A stretch of DNA of 18,146 nt from Candidatus Firestoneibacteriota bacterium (GCA_038042445.1 JBBTED010000116.1:1-18146), one strand, 5' to 3'; numbered from the stretch's first letter, positions 7,674 through 17,736 are shown. Notes: generated from the sequence alone by a model not told the origin. Made by a program: numbers and translations.

Positions 7674-8828
7674 ATGACCAAAGGGAATATTGTAAGTATG
7701 AAAAATAAATTACAACGGCAGATTGAAATCTTGAAGGAAAAAAATTCTAATCAAGAGAAAAAACTTGAAGCTCTTACTATTATGTATGAAGTCAGCAAAA
7801 GTGTGGCTTCATTATTCAAGTTGTCTGATATATTAAAAATAATTTTGAATAAAGCAACAATTAAATTAAAATGTGAAATCGGTTCCATTTTATTAGTTGA
7901 TGAAGAAGGCGAATATCTTACAATAGCAGTTGCAAAAGGATTGTCGCAGAAAATTGTTTTGCATACTCGATTAAAAATTGGCGAAAGAATTTCCGGGTGG
8001 GTAGTTAAACATAAAAAACCTTTACTGGTTAAAAATATTGAAAAAGATAAAAGATTTACTATTAGAAATTCTGAAAAATATTACAACAAATCATTAATAT
8101 CAGTACCAATAATAATTGATACGCATAAAGTAGTTGGAGTTATAAATATTAATAATAAACATACCAGAGAATCTTTTTCAAATGATGATTTGCAGTTGCT
8201 TAAAGCATTGGCGTCTCAGGCTGCAATTGCAATTGAGAAAACGAAGCTTTATCAAAATTTACAGGATGTATATATGCGGACTATAAAAGCATTGGCAGTT
8301 GCTATAGATGCAAAAGATCACTATACGCACAATCATTCAGAAAATGTTACAAAATATGCAGTAGAAATTGCTGAAGAAATGGGTTTAAATTCTGAAGAAG
8401 TAAAAAATATAAACCATGCTTCTCAACTTCATGATTTAGGTAAGATTGGTATACAGGATTATATCTTGTCAAAATCAGATAAACTTTCTGCTGAAGAATG
8501 GAAAAAAATAAAAGAACATTCATTAAAAAGTGCAGAAATACTTGAGCCACTTGTATTTTTAAATGATGTAATAGAAATGGTGAAACAGCATCATGAAAGA
8601 TATGATGGAGCAGGTTATCCTTATGGAGTTAAGGGAGATAATATCAGGATTGGAGCACGTATAATGGCAGTTGCAGATGCTTATGATGCAATGATTTCTG
8701 ACAGGCCATATAGGAACTCTATGTCTCAAAAAGATGCAATAGCAGAACTTGAAAAATGCAGTGGTAAACAATTCGATCCTCAGGTTGTCCATGCTTTCTT
8801 GAGGGTATTAGAAAGGAGAAAGAAATGA
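7674..8828 (+). CDS. GAF + HD-GYP domain c-di-GMP phosphodiesterase
   Basis: Coiled coil, GAF (GERISGWV, SLISVPI, VGVININNK, LASQAAIAIE), AKDHYTHNHS, LHDLGKIG, HHERYDGAGYP, VADAYDAMISDRPYR, GKQFDP; start may be ATG7698. Confidence 0.93.
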   Translation: MTKGNIVSMKNKLQRQIEILKEKNSNQEKKLEALTIMYEVSKSVASLFKLSDILKIILNKATIKLKCEIGSILLVDEEGEYLTIAVAKGLSQKIVLHTRLKIGERISGWVVKHKKPLLVKNIEKDKRFTIRNSEKYYNKSLISVPIIIDTHKVVGVININNKHTRESFSNDDLQLLKALASQAAIAIEKTKLYQNLQDVYMRTIKALAVAIDAKDHYTHNHSENVTKYAVEIAEEMGLNSEEVKNINHASQLHDLGKIGIQDYILSKSDKLSAEEWKKIKEHSLKSAEILEPLVFLNDVIEMVKQHHERYDGAGYPYGVKGDNIRIGARIMAVADAYDAMISDRPYRNSMSQKDAIAELEKCSGKQFDPQVVHAFLRVLERRKK

Positions 8829-11062
8829 GTGAAGCGAATATTGTATTGCCTGCTTTTGGTACATTAGAGTGGACGTTATTGTGGGCGGTTTTAGTTTCTG
8901 CTTTTATAGGAATTGGATATGGACTGTATCTTGTCCGCAAGGTTTTAAAGGCTGATCCGGGTTCTCAAAAAATGGTTGAAGTAGCAAAAGCTATTGAAGA
9001 AGGTGCAATGGCGTATTTACGTCAGCAGTTTAGAACAATGATATGGTTTGTAATTATAATAGCAATAGGGCTTTATGTAATGTATGGCGCTATTTATCCA
9101 AGAGCAATATCAGTAGGAATTAGTATTGCATTTTTAGCAGGAGTTATGGCTTCTTATGGAGCCGGATATGTTGGAATGTGGTTAGCAGTAAGAGGTAATG
9201 TTCGCACAGCAAATGCTGCATTAAAAAGTTTTAAAGATGCTTTGCATGTTGCATTTCAGGCAGGAACAGTTTCAGGTATGTTTACTGTGGGATTTGGTCT
9301 TTTAGGCGCTACTATTATATTCATGGTGTTTAAAGAAAACGCTATGAAAGTTTTAATTGGATTTGGATTTGGAGGATGTCTTGCTGCGTTATTTATGAGA
9401 GTTGGAGGCGGAATATATACAAAAGCTGCTGATGTAGGCGCAGATTTAGTTGGAAAAGTTGAAGCAGGAATTCCAGAGGATGATCCAAGAAATGCAGCAA
9501 CTATAGCAGATAACGTAGGCGATAATGTTGGAGATTGCGCAGGTATGGCTGCAGATGTGTTTGAGTCATACGAGGTTACATTGGTAGCATCAATAATTTT
9601 AGCTGCAGCGTTACTTCTTGATTCCGGATTTTTGACAAAATATGGTGTAAATGCAAATTCATTTGCTTTGAAATTAATAATTTTCCCATTACTTATTCGT
9701 GGTATTGGAGTATTTGCATCAATAATTGGAACACTTTTTGTTAGAGTAAAAGGAGAAGAATTAAAAGATCCAATGAAACCAATAGCCATAGGATATTTGG
9801 TTTCATCAATTGCTGCAATTGCAGGTTTTGCTCTTATTAATGCTCTGTATCTTAAAGATCCTGTAACAGGGCAGATAGATTTTAGATTTTTCTGGGCATC
9901 AACTGTTGGGATTGGTCTTGCAATAGCTACTTTATTGATAACAAATTATTTTACACATCCGGATAAGCGAGCTGCTACTGAAACAGCGCAGGCTTCAAAA
10001 ACAGGTCCTGCAACGTTGTTATTAAATGGAATGGCTGAAGGTATGGAGTCTTCAGTATGGGCAATAGTTGTTATAGCTGGGACAATTCTTGCATCACTTT
10101 TTATATTTAATGGTGAATTAGGTTTAGCGTCGTATGGCATAGCATTAGCGGGTTTAGGATTGCTTACAACTACAGGTTTTATACTTGCAATGGATACTTA
10201 TGGTCCGATAACTGACAATGCGCATGGAATTTTTGAAATGTCCGGTATACACGAAGAAAAAGCAGGCAGAATACTTTCACGTATGGATGCTATAGGAAAT
10301 ACTACAAAAGCATTAACAAAAGGTTTGGCAATATCTACTGCTGTTATAGCTGCAATTTCATTGTTCAGGTCATTTATTGATGAAGCTAAACTTACTGAAA
10401 TTGGTATACAGATAAATTCGCCAAAGGTATTTGTAGGGCTTTTAATAGGTGGTGCAGTTCCATTTTTATTTTCATCTTTTGCATTAAAGGCAGTAGGTCG
10501 TGCTGCTTTTATGGTTGTTGAAGAAGTTCGTAGGCAATTCAGAGAAAAGCCGGGAATAATGGAATTTAAGGAAAAACCAGATTATGGGCGATGTGTTAGT
10601 ATAGTAACTTCTGCTGCACAAAGGGAATTAATAGGCCCGGGAATTTTGGCAATAGCTACACCTATATTAGTAGGATTTAGTTTAGGTGCTGGTGCATTAG
10701 GTGGATATTTGTGTGGTGCAATACTTACAGGACAACTTTTGGCAGTTTATATGTCAAATACCGGTGCAATATGGGATAATGCAAAGAAAAAAATAGAAGA
10801 TGGATTTATGGGAGGTAAAGGGACGGAACATCATAAAGCTGCAGTTATAGGGGATACAGTTGGTGATCCATATAAAGATACAGCAGGCCCGGGATTAAAT
10901 CCATTAATTAAGGTTATGAATCTTGTTGGTATTTTGATTGCTCCAATTGTGATACGAGACATTTCTATGGGAGCACGTTTTACAATTGCAGCATTGATGC
11001 TTGCACTTTTGGGTACTGCAATTTATTTAAGCAGACGAGGAGCGGTAAAAGCGCAAAATTGA
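8825..11062 (+). CDS. hppA: Membrane-bound ion-pumping pyrophosphatase, predicted K+-independent H+-PPase
   Basis: [52 protein letters not shown] (Lys at the K+-dependence determinant), [17 protein letters not shown]. Confidence 0.95.
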   Translation: MSEANIVLPAFGTLEWTLLWAVLVSAFIGIGYGLYLVRKVLKADPGSQKMVEVAKAIEEGAMAYLRQQFRTMIWFVIIIAIGLYVMYGAIYPRAISVGISIAFLAGVMASYGAGYVGMWLAVRGNVRTANAALKSFKDALHVAFQAGTVSGMFTVGFGLLGATIIFMVFKENAMKVLIGFGFGGCLAALFMRVGGGIYTKAADVGADLVGKVEAGIPEDDPRNAATIADNVGDNVGDCAGMAADVFESYEVTLVASIILAAALLLDSGFLTKYGVNANSFALKLIIFPLLIRGIGVFASIIGTLFVRVKGEELKDPMKPIAIGYLVSSIAAIAGFALINALYLKDPVTGQIDFRFFWASTVGIGLAIATLLITNYFTHPDKRAATETAQASKTGPATLLLNGMAEGMESSVWAIVVIAGTILASLFIFNGELGLASYGIALAGLGLLTTTGFILAMDTYGPITDNAHGIFEMSGIHEEKAGRILSRMDAIGNTTKALTKGLAISTAVIAAISLFRSFIDEAKLTEIGIQINSPKVFVGLLIGGAVPFLFSSFALKAVGRAAFMVVEEVRRQFREKPGIMEFKEKPDYGRCVSIVTSAAQRELIGPGILAIATPILVGFSLGAGALGGYLCGAILTGQLLAVYMSNTGAIWDNAKKKIEDGFMGGKGTEHHKAAVIGDTVGDPYKDTAGPGLNPLIKVMNLVGILIAPIVIRDISMGARFTIAALMLALLGTAIYLSRRGAVKAQN

Positions 11063-11096
11063 CCCGAAGGGTCATCCTGAACGAAGTGAAGGATCT
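11060..11096 (+). repeat. GTCA-foot element preceded by a TGACCC-GAA-GGGTCA mini-hairpin; overlaps the hppA stop codon
   Basis: TGACCCGAAGGGTCATCCTGAACGAAGTGAAGGATCT; its reverse complement matches 13359-13395 at 34/37 positions. Confidence 0.88.
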
Positions 11097-11107
11097 AAAA
11101 ATTTATA

Positions 11108-11170
11108 GTCATTGCGAGCGATAGCGAAGCAATCTCGAGATTGCTTCGTCGCTTTGCTTTTTGCAATGAT
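11108..11170. repeat. GTCA-foot inverted doublet (RPE-like)
   Basis: GTCATTGCGAGCGATAGCGAAGCAATCTC / GAGATTGCTTCGTCGCTTTGCTTTTTGCAATGAT. Confidence 0.88.
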
Positions 11171-11186
11171 AATTGAGGTGAAAAAT

Positions 11187-12800
11187 ATGAGAGAAAGGAG
11201 GAAGTTCAGAAGAATAAGGCAGGCAGTTACAGTTAAAATATTACCTTTTAGTAATCCTTCCCAGATTATAGAAGGAAAAGTGCTTGATATAAGCGCAGGT
11301 GGAATTGGTGTTTGTGCAAAAAATACACTACAAAAAGGTGATTCCATAAAATTAACATTTGAAATTTCAGAAGAACTGAAATTTATAGAGGTGCAGGGAG
11401 TTATTCATAGAGTTGATACATCTGGAAACGATTTTTTAGCAATTAAATTTGTAAATTTAAATAAAAAAGATGTGAGACGTATAGTTGAGTTTATTGATAA
11501 AAATCATGAGAAAAAAGATGCATTATTTACAAATTTATTAAGTGTATCAGCTTTTTATATTTTATGTTTTTTTGTTATTTTTTCGTTAGTGCCAAATATT
11601 AATTTTTTGACATTTGTATTGATATTTTTAATAGGTTTTGTTTTCTATAGAGTGGATATTTTAAACCACAGGTTAATCAGAAAATTAACAACTACAAATA
11701 GACAACTTCATTATGTAGATCAGCTTACTCAGGCATTAAGACGTAGTATGAAAGTTGGCGAAATGCTTGATCTTGTTCTTAAAAATTTGACTGATGAATT
11801 AGGATATGACCGCGTGATAATTTATTCTGTGGAAAATACTGGACATAAACATGATATTTTACGTGCTATTACAACTTTTGGTGTTTCTTTGGAAAAAGTT
11901 TCCGGGTTTGAATTTAAATTTGATAAAGCACTTGATATTATTCCGCGTGCTGCTATTGAAAAAAAACCATATATAATAAAACGAGCTACTGAAGATCATA
12001 GATGTTCACAGGCGTTTGTTGAACTTGTTTCACTTAAAGAATATGTTGTAGTTCCACTTATTGCAAGAGATATTGCAGTGGGTGTTTTACTTGCAGATAA
12101 TAATATAAATGAAAGGTCAATTGAAGAGACAGATTTAGAGCCGCTTACATTATTTGCAAATCAGGTTGCATTAGCAATGGAAAATGCAAAATTATATGAA
12201 AAAGTCGAACAATTAGCCATAATGGATGGGCTTACAAATATTTACAACCATCGTTATTTTCAGGATGCATTAAAAACTGAATTAAGCAGACTTGAACGTT
12301 ATTATCAGATACCTACAGAAAAACTTTCTGTAATAATGATGGATGTGGATTTTTTTAAGCGATATAATGATACAAATGGACATCCTGCAGGAGATGCAGT
12401 TCTTGTAGAAATTGGCCAGATATTAAAAGAATTAACAAGAAAGGTTGATATTGTTGCAAGATATGGTGGTGAAGAATTTATTCTATTGGTTCCATCTACA
12501 CCTAAATCTGGAGCTATTATATTGGCTGAAAGAATACGAAAAACTGTAGAAGAACATCCATTTGAATTTGGAATGAACCAACCTGATGGAAAACTAACAA
12601 TTAGTATTGGAGTAGCTACTTATGAGGAAGATGGCAGAAATCCAAAGGAACTTATAGAAATGGCGGATAAAGCTTTATATCAGGCAAAGACAACAGGTAA
12701 GAATAAAGTATGTTATATAAATCCTCCGAAAAATTTAGAAGAAATGGTTTCTGATACTGTTAAATTGGTAGAAGGAGAAAAGCGAACATCTGATAAATAG
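11187..12800 (+). CDS. Diguanylate cyclase, PilZ - 2TM - GAF - GGDEF architecture
   Basis: SD GAGGTG 6 nt before ATG11187 (the longer ORF start lies in a repeat); PilZ motifs ERRKFRR and DISAGG; two hydrophobic helices; GAF; DGLT..YNHR, DVDFFKRYND..GH..GD, I-site RKVD five residues before GGEEF. Confidence 0.92.
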   Translation: MRERRKFRRIRQAVTVKILPFSNPSQIIEGKVLDISAGGIGVCAKNTLQKGDSIKLTFEISEELKFIEVQGVIHRVDTSGNDFLAIKFVNLNKKDVRRIVEFIDKNHEKKDALFTNLLSVSAFYILCFFVIFSLVPNINFLTFVLIFLIGFVFYRVDILNHRLIRKLTTTNRQLHYVDQLTQALRRSMKVGEMLDLVLKNLTDELGYDRVIIYSVENTGHKHDILRAITTFGVSLEKVSGFEFKFDKALDIIPRAAIEKKPYIIKRATEDHRCSQAFVELVSLKEYVVVPLIARDIAVGVLLADNNINERSIEETDLEPLTLFANQVALAMENAKLYEKVEQLAIMDGLTNIYNHRYFQDALKTELSRLERYYQIPTEKLSVIMMDVDFFKRYNDTNGHPAGDAVLVEIGQILKELTRKVDIVARYGGEEFILLVPSTPKSGAIILAERIRKTVEEHPFEFGMNQPDGKLTISIGVATYEEDGRNPKELIEMADKALYQAKTTGKNKVCYINPPKNLEEMVSDTVKLVEGEKRTSDK

Positions 12801-12819
12801 TAAAATTTAGTGAACATTA

Positions 12820-12925
12820 TGTCATTCCCGCGTGTAGTAAGCGGGAATCCAGTAGGCTTGTCCTTGTATGTCTTAAGCAGGCAAAAATAGCAAAAGACTG
12901 GATTCCTGTTTTCACAGGAATGACA
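12820..12925. repeat. GTCA-foot inverted doublet with dRS3/RPE-like ATTCCC...GGGAAT core
   Basis: TGTCATTCCCGCGTGTAGTAAGCGGGAATCCAGT ... ACTGGATTCCTGTTTTCACAGGAATGACA; runs directly into the AGGAGA SD of nuoA. Confidence 0.9.
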
Positions 12926-12938
12926 GGAGACAAATATT

Positions 12939-13292
12939 ATGAATGAATATATTGTTGTTGTGGTTTTTTTAATTTTAGGGATATTATTTACAGTTGGTTC
13001 CTTGGTTTTTTCTTATTTAGTAAGGGAATCAAAACCAGATGTAAATAAATCTTTAACTTATGAATGTGGAGAATCGCCTGTTGGTGATGCGTGGATACAA
13101 TTTAATTTAAGATATTATATTTTTGCATTATTATTTGTTATATTTGATGTAGAAGTCATATTTTTATTTCCATGGGCAGTTGTGTTTAAAAAAATCGGAA
13201 TTTTTGCACTTATTGAAATGTTTATTTTTCTGGGTATACTTATATTAGGTTTAATATATGCGTGGAAAAAGAAAGCATTGGAGTGGACGTAA
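12939..13292 (+). CDS. nuoA: NADH-quinone oxidoreductase subunit A
   Basis: TYECGE, RYYIFALLFVIFDVEVIFLFPWAV, YAWKKKALEW; SD AGGAGA. Confidence 0.96.
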   Translation: MNEYIVVVVFLILGILFTVGSLVFSYLVRESKPDVNKSLTYECGESPVGDAWIQFNLRYYIFALLFVIFDVEVIFLFPWAVVFKKIGIFALIEMFIFLGILILGLIYAWKKKALEWT

Positions 13293-13294
13293 GA

Positions 13295-13322
13295 AAAGTG
13301 CAAAATGCAAAGTGTAAAACTT
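13295..13322. repeat. Short heptamer tandem repeat after the nuoA stop
   Basis: AAAGTGC AAAATGC AAAGTGT AAAACTT. Confidence 0.55.
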
Positions 13323-13395
13323 GTCATTCTGAGGCAAAGCCGAAGAATCTCATTTGAGAGATCTTTCACTTCGTTCAGGATGACCTTTCAGGTCA
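13323..13395. repeat. GTCA-foot inverted doublet plus terminal TGACCT-TTC-AGGTCA mini-hairpin
   Basis: GTCATTCTGAGGCAAAGCCGAAGAATCTC ... GAGATCTTTCACTTCGTTCAGGATGAC-CTTTCAGGTCA, ending 4 nt before the nuoB ATG. Confidence 0.9.
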
Positions 13396-13399
13396 TACT

Positions 13400-13912
13400 A
13401 TGGGAATTATATTAGATAAATTACCGTATGTTACGGAAAAAATACCGGGTGGAAAAATAATTTTAACAAGTGCAGATTATTTCATAAACTGGTCGCGTTC
13501 TTCTTCGTTATGGCCGCTTACATTTGGATTGGCCTGTTGTGCAATTGAAATGATGTGTGCTTATGCTTCACGGTTTGATTTTGATAGATTTGGGGTTTTT
13601 CCAAGACCAACTCCAAGGCAGGCGGATGTAATGCTTGTAGCAGGTACAATTACAAAAAAAATGGCTTCGCGTATAAAATTACTTTACGAGCAAATGCCTG
13701 AACCAAAATTTGTAATATCAATGGGTAGTTGTTCCAATACCGGTGGTCCATTTTATGATTCTTATTCTGTAGTAAAAGGTATAGATAAAGTTATTCCTGT
13801 TGATGTTTATGTAGCAGGTTGTCCTCCGAGACCTGAAAACTTAATGTATGCAGTAATAAAACTGCAGGAAAAAATAAAGAAAGCGTCCTTATGCAACAAA
13901 GTGAAATCTTAA
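13400..13912 (+). CDS. nuoB: NADH-quinone oxidoreductase subunit B
   Basis: [52 protein letters not shown] (N2 cluster ligands). Confidence 0.97.
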   Translation: MGIILDKLPYVTEKIPGGKIILTSADYFINWSRSSSLWPLTFGLACCAIEMMCAYASRFDFDRFGVFPRPTPRQADVMLVAGTITKKMASRIKLLYEQMPEPKFVISMGSCSNTGGPFYDSYSVVKGIDKVIPVDVYVAGCPPRPENLMYAVIKLQEKIKKASLCNKVKS

Positions 13913-14361
13913 ATAAAATAACACAAAAGTTTCCAAAAATCGAAGAAACTAAATGTCTTGAAGGTTCATTTAAAGACTATACATTGGCAATACAGGTTAA
14001 TGCCGATGAGATATTACCTATTTGCGAATTTTTAAAAACAAATGAGGAATTATGTTTTGATTCACTAATGTGTCTTTCAGGTGTTGATCTTAAAGACTAT
14101 ATGAAAGTGGTATACCATCTTTATTCTTACAAACATAATCACAAATTAACTATTAATGTTGTTTTGAATCATGATAATTCTGTTGTAAATTCAGTAAGCA
14201 GAATTTGGAAAACAGCAAATTGGCATGAAAGAGAAGTTTATGATTTACTTGGAATAAAATTTGAAGGCCATCCAGATTTAAGAAGAATATTATTGCCACA
14301 GGATTGGGTAGGACATCCTCTACGAAAAGATTATGTCCATACACCAGACCAATACGATTGA
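13891..14361 (+). CDS. nuoC: NADH-quinone oxidoreductase subunit C
   Basis: [52 protein letters not shown]. Confidence 0.96.
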   Translation: MQQSEILNKITQKFPKIEETKCLEGSFKDYTLAIQVNADEILPICEFLKTNEELCFDSLMCLSGVDLKDYMKVVYHLYSYKHNHKLTINVVLNHDNSVVNSVSRIWKTANWHEREVYDLLGIKFEGHPDLRRILLPQDWVGHPLRKDYVHTPDQYD

Positions 14362-14375
14362 AAATGTTTTTTCAT

Positions 14376-14476
<101 letters not shown>

Positions 14477-14489
14477 CGATTAAAAAATT

Positions 14490-15605
14490 ATGAATAATAA
14501 TATGGAAGAAATAAAATTAGAAGAGATGTATTTGAACTTGGGACCTCAGCATCCAAGTACACATGGTGTCCTGCGAGTAGGTTTAACTTTAGATGGTGAG
14601 GTTATTGTAAAGGCCGACCCTGATATAGGGTATCTTCACAGGGGTATGGAAAAGCTTGCGGAGAACCGAACCTATGCACAAAATATTGCTTTATCTGACA
14701 GGTGGGATTATTTGGCTTCAATGAGCAATAATTTTGCATTTTGTCTGGCAGTGGAAAAAATAATGAAAGTCCAGATTCCTGAACGTGCTGAATATATAAG
14801 GGTTTTAGTCGCGGAATTAAATAGAATTGCAAGCCATTTGATATTATTTGGAACTTATGGTGTTGATATAGGTGCAGTTACACCTTTTATGTATGCACTT
14901 AGAGAGAGAGAAATGATTTTGGATTTATTTGAGTCAATATGCGGTGCAAGAATGACATATAATTATTTTAGGATAGGTGGTGTATCAAATGATTTGCCTG
15001 AAGGATTTGTAAAGAAACTTGAAGAATTTACAGAGTGGTTTAAAAAACGTTTGTCGGAGTATGACGATTTACTTTCAAATAATGTTATATTTTTGGACAG
15101 AACAAAAAATATAGGAATGCTTACAAAAGAAGATGCAATTGATTACGGAGTAACAGGACCTAATTTACGCGCTTCAGGTGTCCAATTTGATATCCGCAAA
15201 AATGATACATATTCCATTTATTCAAAATTTGATTTTGAGATTCCAGTAGGGACACAAGGAGATTGCTGGGATAGATATTACATCAGAATAAAAGAAATGA
15301 AAGAAAGTATAAATATTATTGAGCAAATTTTGAGTAAGTTGCCAGATGGTGAGATTTGCACAAAAGTTCCTAAAATTTTAAGGCCGCCTGTTGGTGAAGT
15401 TTATAGCCGTATAGAAGCCCCAAGAGGTGAACTTGGAATTTATTTGATAAGTGATGGAAATACAAATCCATATCGCCTTAAAGTCCGAGGTCCATCATTT
15501 GTAAATCTTGAAGTTTTGCCGGAACTTCTAAAAACATGGAAAATTGCAGATGTTGTAGCAATACTTGGAAGTCTTGATATAGTTTTAGGTGAGGTAGATA
15601 GATGA
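14490..15605 (+). CDS. nuoD: NADH-quinone oxidoreductase subunit D
   Basis: NLGPQHPSTHGVLR, IGYLHRGMEK, ELNRIASH, GARMT, GVTGPNLRASG, EAPRGELG, GSLDIVLGEVDR; no NiFe CxxC motifs. Confidence 0.97.
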   Translation: MNNNMEEIKLEEMYLNLGPQHPSTHGVLRVGLTLDGEVIVKADPDIGYLHRGMEKLAENRTYAQNIALSDRWDYLASMSNNFAFCLAVEKIMKVQIPERAEYIRVLVAELNRIASHLILFGTYGVDIGAVTPFMYALREREMILDLFESICGARMTYNYFRIGGVSNDLPEGFVKKLEEFTEWFKKRLSEYDDLLSNNVIFLDRTKNIGMLTKEDAIDYGVTGPNLRASGVQFDIRKNDTYSIYSKFDFEIPVGTQGDCWDRYYIRIKEMKESINIIEQILSKLPDGEICTKVPKILRPPVGEVYSRIEAPRGELGIYLISDGNTNPYRLKVRGPSFVNLEVLPELLKTWKIADVVAILGSLDIVLGEVDR

Positions 15606-16639
15606 TACAAATGCCAGGTCTTGAAATAATATTGGATAAAGTTAAAGAAAATGTGGAATTTTTGGCATTTAGAATTGGAATTCCTGATTATGTAGTTTCT
15701 CTTGTATTTAATATAGTTGGTGCAGCGTTGATTTTAGGTTTTTTGCTTGTAACAGTTATGTTTTTAGTATGGTTAGAAAGAAAAATAAGCGCTCATATGC
15801 AGGCAAGGTTAGGGCCTATGAGAACTGGTGGTTGGCATGGATGGTCGCAGTCAATTGCTGATGCAATAAAATTATTGTTAAAAGAAGATATTATTCCAAA
15901 TTGTTCAGATAAATGGGTGCATAGAATTGCTGCGGTATTGATGTTTATACCGGCATTTGTATCTTTTGCAATAATTCCTTTTGATAAAAATGTGCAGGCA
16001 GTTGATTTAAATATAGGAATACTTTTTATATTTGCTATTTCTTCTATTACAGTAATTGCAATAGTAATGGCAGGTTGGGGTTCAAATAATAAATATTCTT
16101 TATTTGGAGCATTGCGTTCTGCTGCACAAATGATAAGTTATGAAGTTCCTTTAGTTCTTTCTGTAGTAGGAGTAATTATGATAACAGGAAGTCTTAAGAT
16201 GTCCGATATAGTAAATGCGCAGTCAAAAGTATGGTTTGTTTTTGTCCAGCCTGTTGGATTTCTATTATATATAATAACCGGTCTTGCAGAAATAAATCGT
16301 GTTCCATTTGATATTCCTGAAGCTGAATCCGAACTTGTTTCAGGGTATCATACTGAATACAGTGGTATGAAGTTTGCATTTTTCTTTTTGGCTGAATATG
16401 CTAATATGTTTTTAGTTGCAAGTATTGCCACTACATTATTTTTAGGCGGCTGGCATGGACCTTTTTTGCCGCCTTTTTTATGGTTTCTCATAAAAACTTA
16501 TTCAATAGTATTTTTGTATATGTGGGCAAGATGGACTTTGCCACGTCTTAGAGTTGATAGATTGATGGATTTTGGCTGGAAAATTTTAATGCCTATTGCA
16601 TTTTTAAATATAATAATTACAGCAATAATTATATTATGA
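15602..16639 (+). CDS. nuoH: NADH-quinone oxidoreductase subunit H
   Basis: WLERKISAHMQARLGP, ADAIKLLLKEDI, SNNKYSLFGALRSAAQMISYE, AEINRVPFDIPEAESELVSGYHTEYSG, LPRLRVDRLM. Confidence 0.97.
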   Translation: MIQMPGLEIILDKVKENVEFLAFRIGIPDYVVSLVFNIVGAALILGFLLVTVMFLVWLERKISAHMQARLGPMRTGGWHGWSQSIADAIKLLLKEDIIPNCSDKWVHRIAAVLMFIPAFVSFAIIPFDKNVQAVDLNIGILFIFAISSITVIAIVMAGWGSNNKYSLFGALRSAAQMISYEVPLVLSVVGVIMITGSLKMSDIVNAQSKVWFVFVQPVGFLLYIITGLAEINRVPFDIPEAESELVSGYHTEYSGMKFAFFFLAEYANMFLVASIATTLFLGGWHGPFLPPFLWFLIKTYSIVFLYMWARWTLPRLRVDRLMDFGWKILMPIAFLNIIITAIIIL

Positions 16640-16668
16640 AAAATTGTCATTTAGACTGTGTTATAAAG

Positions 16669-16724
16669 GTAGTCGCAGGCTTTAGCCTGCGGAAAAAATA
16701 CCGCAAGCTAAAGCTTGCGACTAC
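16669..16724. repeat. GTAG-foot inverted doublet, family B
   Basis: GTAGTCGCAGGCTTTAGCCTGCGG - AAAAAATA - CCGCAAGCTAAAGCTTGCGACTAC. Confidence 0.92.
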
Positions 16725-16755
16725 TACTGCAAAGAATTTTACAGGAGATTTTTAG

Positions 16756-17187
16756 GTGAAATATATTACTGACATAATTTATGGAAGCATAAGTATTATT
16801 AAAGGGTTTATTGTAACAATAAAAGTTTTTTTTAAAAAGCCGATTACTGTGCAATATCCGGATGAGAAAGCTCCTATATCTTTAAGATTCAGGGGGCGAT
16901 TAATACAGCTTACTAATAAAGAAACAGGCGAGGGAATATGTGATGGCTGTGGAATATGCGCAAAATTTTGCCCTGCACAATGTATAAGTTTAAAAGCATA
17001 TAAAGATGAAGCATCTGGTAAGAGGAAAACAGAATATTATAATATAGATTTTGGACGTTGTATGTTTTGTGGAATATGTGTAGAACAATGTCCAAAAAAA
17101 TGTTTAATTCATTCTCAGGATTATGAATTTGCAGTATACACCCGTGATGAACTAACATATACAAAAGACAAAATGCTGGTAAGGTAA
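16756..17187 (+). CDS. nuoI: NADH-quinone oxidoreductase subunit I
   Basis: GTG start after AGGAG; TVQYPDEK, RFRG, two 4Fe-4S motifs CDGCGICAKFCP and CMFCGICVEQCP. Confidence 0.96.
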   Translation: MKYITDIIYGSISIIKGFIVTIKVFFKKPITVQYPDEKAPISLRFRGRLIQLTNKETGEGICDGCGICAKFCPAQCISLKAYKDEASGKRKTEYYNIDFGRCMFCGICVEQCPKKCLIHSQDYEFAVYTRDELTYTKDKMLVR

Positions 17188-17205
17188 ACATCATTTTCAC
17201 ATATA

Positions 17206-17228
17206 ATAGGTCAGGCATCTTGCCTGAC
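17206..17228 (+). repeat. Single (G/A)TAG-foot hairpin, family C
   Basis: ATAG-GTCAGGCA-TCT-TGCCTGAC; resembles GTAGGACAGG...CGCCTGTC in the barrel gene. Confidence 0.7.
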
Positions 17229-17256
17229 AAATGACTCAAGGGGGTTTTAACGGTAT

Positions 17257-17736
17257 ATGTTTTTAATATTAGCAATAATAGCATTAATTTCAGCAATGTT
17301 AGTTGTTTCGCTTAAAAATATTATGCACTGCGCTCTTTTTCTTGGGGTTTTTCTCCTTACAGTTGCAGGAATATTTATTTTGCTTTCAGCGGATTTTCTG
17401 GGAATAATTCAGATTTTGCTTTATGTTGGTGGAATCCTGATTTTAATATTATTTGCAATAATGCTTACCGCAAGAATTTCAAGTAAATTAATTAAAGAAG
17501 CAAATGAGCAAAAAGGAATTGCGTTTTTTGTATGCACAATTCTTTTAGCTGCTATTTTACTTGTTCTAAGAAGCACAACTTTTTCAGTAAAGAATGTATT
17601 TTTTACACCTGTTGATGGAACTGTGGCAGAAATAGGCAAATTGTTATTTACAACTTATGTTCTGCCATTTGAAGTTGCATCAATAGTATTATTGGTTGCA
17701 CTAATTGGTTCAATAGCTTTGGGGGTTAGGAAATAA
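17257..17736 (+). CDS. nuoJ: NADH-quinone oxidoreductase subunit J
   Basis: ADFLGIIQILLYVGGILILILFAIMLT, IGKLLFTTYVLPFEVASIVLLVALIGSI. Confidence 0.95.
   Translation: MFLILAIIALISAMLVVSLKNIMHCALFLGVFLLTVAGIFILLSADFLGIIQILLYVGGILILILFAIMLTARISSKLIKEANEQKGIAFFVCTILLAAILLVLRSTTFSVKNVFFTPVDGTVAEIGKLLFTTYVLPFEVASIVLLVALIGSIALGVRK

Noticed and set aside
9256..9789. 177-aa minus-strand ORF and the other short antisense or overlapping ORFs in the track
   Set aside because: Shadows of well-supported genes on the other strand or frame; no recognisable motifs.
11112..11186. N-terminal extension MRAIAKQSRDCFVALLFAM of the cyclase ORF
   Set aside because: It is translation through the palindromic repeat; a good SD (GAGGTG) precedes ATG11187.
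12820..12925. tRNA or riboswitch in structured spacers
   Set aside because: No cloverleaf, T-loop or recognisable aptamer motif; the structure is explained by the repeat family also found at 14381.
14490..15605. NiFe hydrogenase large subunit
   Set aside because: No N- or C-terminal CxxC ligands; quinone-site motifs HPSTHG and C-terminal GEVDR match NuoD.
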